Shown in pieces: positions 7,454 to 9,367 of a DNA stretch of 9,367 nucleotides. A program made the translations under genes and the position numbers. Source of the DNA: Octopus sinensis (lineage: Eukaryota); contig NW_021827964.1 in NCBI RefSeq assembly GCF_006345805.1, forward strand, positions 1-9,367. Direction: 5' to 3'. How positions within the stretch are numbered: the stretch's first letter is position 1; each line of letters starts with the position of its first letter. The notes beneath the pieces are model-generated. The model was not told the origin of the DNA. It worked only from the letters and a program-made list of their open reading frames with translations, and searched no databases.

Positions 7454-7553
7454 TGTGTCTGTGTCTGTGTGTGTCTGTGTCTGTGTGTCTGTGTGGGTGT
7501 GTCTGTGTCTGTGTGTGTGTCTGTGTGTGTGTGGGTGAGTGTGTCTGTGTGTG
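7414..7553. repeat. (TG)n with (TGTCTG)n variant blocks
   Basis: Direct reading. Confidence 0.95.
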
Positions 7554-7715
7554 ATTGGAATAAGTTTTTTTCTGAGTTATTGAAGTTAGTATCATTTAGA
7601 CAATTATCGTATCTCAAAGTTTTGTAACCTAATGCCAATAGGCCCTTTAAAGTTAATTTGCAATATATTTTGACGAATTAAGTTGTGATATATTAGACAG
7701 ATATGCTTAAAAACT

Positions 7716-8150
7716 ATGTGTGCATTTATAATGTGCATGCATACATTTATACATTTATACGTATATGTACACACATACATATACGCATAGATGTGTACAT
7801 ACATACGTGTTCGTGTGTGGGTGTGAATGTATGTATATACTTGAACGCATAAACATGCCTATACATACGTACGTACCAACATACAAACACATACATGCAT
7901 GCATACATCATACATACAGCATCATACATACATACATACATACATACATACATACATACATAATACAGATACATACATACATACATCCATGCACTACATA
8001 CATACATACATACACATACCTACATACATACATACATACATACATACAGATACATACATACATACATACATACATGCATACATACATACATACATACATA
8101 CATACATACATACAGACCTACATACATACATACATACATACATACATACA

Positions 8151-8184
<34 letters not shown>

Positions 8185-8185
8185 C
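7716..8185. repeat. Long (TACA)n array with a degenerate 5' portion
   Basis: Nearly pure (TACA)n at about 7924-8182; degenerate TA/CA/TG upstream. Confidence 0.95.
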
Positions 8186-8327
8186 GGTTCTTTTATATAA
8201 ACAACCGTATTCTTACTATGTCAAAACCTGAACATTCTTAGCGTGACTGGGATTATTTGACTACACAGATAAAGCAGATTCTGCTAAACTTACAAACATT
8301 CTTACATTTCACCAGAAGAGTTGAGGT

Positions 8328-8396
8328 CGAGGGGGGAGAGAGAGAGAGAAAGGGAAGGAAAGAGAGGGAGAGAGAGAGAGTGAGGGATGGTGGGGT
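8328..8396. repeat. Polypurine (GA)-rich tract with G runs
   Basis: gaggggggagagagagagagaaagggaaggaaagagagggagagagagagagtgagggatggtgggg. Confidence 0.9.
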
Positions 8397-8973
8397 AATA
8401 GTTTAAAGTGTAAAAAAAATTGTTTTTCCTAAAGGGAATATGAAAGTGTAGATGGTAAGGTTTTACTGTTGATGTTTGTACTAATAAAGCTGGATTTTGA
8501 GATCTTGAAAACAGCAAACAATCAACAAGTACCTACGAAAGCTTTTATAGAGTCGTCCCTCTTGCTTAAAATAGCAGCCAAATTTCGTCTTAAAAAAAAA
8601 AAAGAAGGTAAGCAGACATTAATTAATGTTGTTCTAGATATCCTGAAATAAATATGGTAGTCAAGGGCTAGTATGTGTCTTCTCACTTAAGGTTAATCTA
8701 GGGCAGAAGATAAACAACAATATCACCTCTGCTCCAGCATCTATTTTGTGAAATCATGGACTTTGTTTTGGTAAATTTTACTTCAGTCTATATTAGGTGC
8801 TCATTGTGAAATTATTTGGAGTGTCCTCTCCAAGAAAACAGGCCAAGGAAACTTTGCATGGGATTAGCAGTTATTCCCAAAGCAGGAATTAATTCTCTCT
8901 TCGCGGCGCCAATGATCTCGAAGAGAAAACTAAAGGTATCTTCAGTTTGTATTATATATATATCTTCTTTGAT

Positions 8974-9136
8974 GTCGATTAAAAACAGACGGCAGTACTT
9001 GATTGTTTCAATTACATTTTGGGGTGTCGGGGACACTGAAAGAATGAAAAGCAATACTGACTTCGACAGAACGGAAAGGAGAAGGTAAATATTCTCTCTA
9101 CTCTAGGCACAACGCCCAAAATTTGTGGGGAGGGGG
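8974..9136 (-). mobile_element. Diverged SINE fragments: 3' end of one copy (9091-9136) followed by an internal part of another (8974-9071)
   Basis: Minus strand cccctccccacaaattttgggcgttgtgcctagagtagagagaat and ttctgtcgaagtcagtattgcttttcattctttcagtgtc...aatcaagtact...taatcgac resemble the 3' end and middle of the octopus tRNA-SINE as I recall it. Unverified. Confidence 0.4.
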
Positions 9137-9367
9137 ACATTAACACTGGCCGTAATCACTGTCTCCAATATTAAATACATCAAAGCTTCAAATTTTAATC
9201 TACAAATATTTCTACCATTATTGCAGAACTATTAATGTTAATGAAAGTACTGCTACTGCTATTATTACTAGACAGTTTTTAATGTCAAAACAATATTTTC
9301 AGTGTGGTAAAAATTGAAATACGGACGGCAGAAAGACACAATGACGATTATGACAGCGGCAACGATG

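Noticed and set aside
514-8241. Most ORFs in the supplied track (poly-YI, CV, HT, YLSI, TYIH, MYVC peptides)
   Set aside because: They are stop-free translations of (TA)n, (TG)n, (AGAT)n and (TACA)n repeats. No domain signal and no codon complexity.
8896-8926. Hairpin TCTCTTCG...CGAAGAGA (8 bp stem, 15-nt loop)
   Set aside because: Short enough to be expected by chance, with no U-tract or family motif.
8787-8935. Candidate + strand exon (acceptor ttttacttcag at 8776-8786 or tattag at 8791-8796; donor AAAG|GTATC at 8935/8936)
   Set aside because: All three frames contain a stop within the interval, and the overlapping ORFs (8816-9088 +, 8812-9054 -) match nothing I recognise. A UTR or non-coding exon cannot be excluded without RNA-seq.
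1-9367. CRISPR array, tRNA, rRNA or prokaryotic operon
   Set aside because: No regularly spaced repeats with unique spacers, no cloverleaf or rRNA motifs, and the composition is that of repeat-rich animal non-coding DNA.

Overview
AT-rich, non-coding eukaryotic (animal) DNA, probably intronic or intergenic. Roughly 30% of the window is simple repeat (my estimate from summing tract coordinates): (TA)n, (TG/CA)n, (AGAT/AGAC)n, (TACA)n and a compound trinucleotide. I find no supportable protein-coding gene; nearly all listed ORFs are translations of microsatellites. Between the microsatellites lie short retroelement-like pieces that, from memory, resemble common octopus (coleoid cephalopod) interspersed repeats; the species and family names are recollection and need a Dfam/Repbase/BLAST check. 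Most notable: (1) a ~240 bp near-perfect fold-back palindrome (241-479) within a cluster of reiterated AAAGGGAAT starts and a second (TA)n-centred palindrome; (2) a minimal type I hammerhead-ribozyme-like motif on the minus strand (4984-5018) inside a ~195 bp element embedded in (TA)n; (3) a frameshifted remnant resembling the C-terminus of a Penelope-type GIY-YIG endonuclease (819-978); (4) a ~570 bp element embedded in (AAT)n. Together these suggest several microsatellite-associated retroelement insertions, probably Penelope-like plus SINEs and possibly Dong/R4-like, rather than a demonstrably new system.
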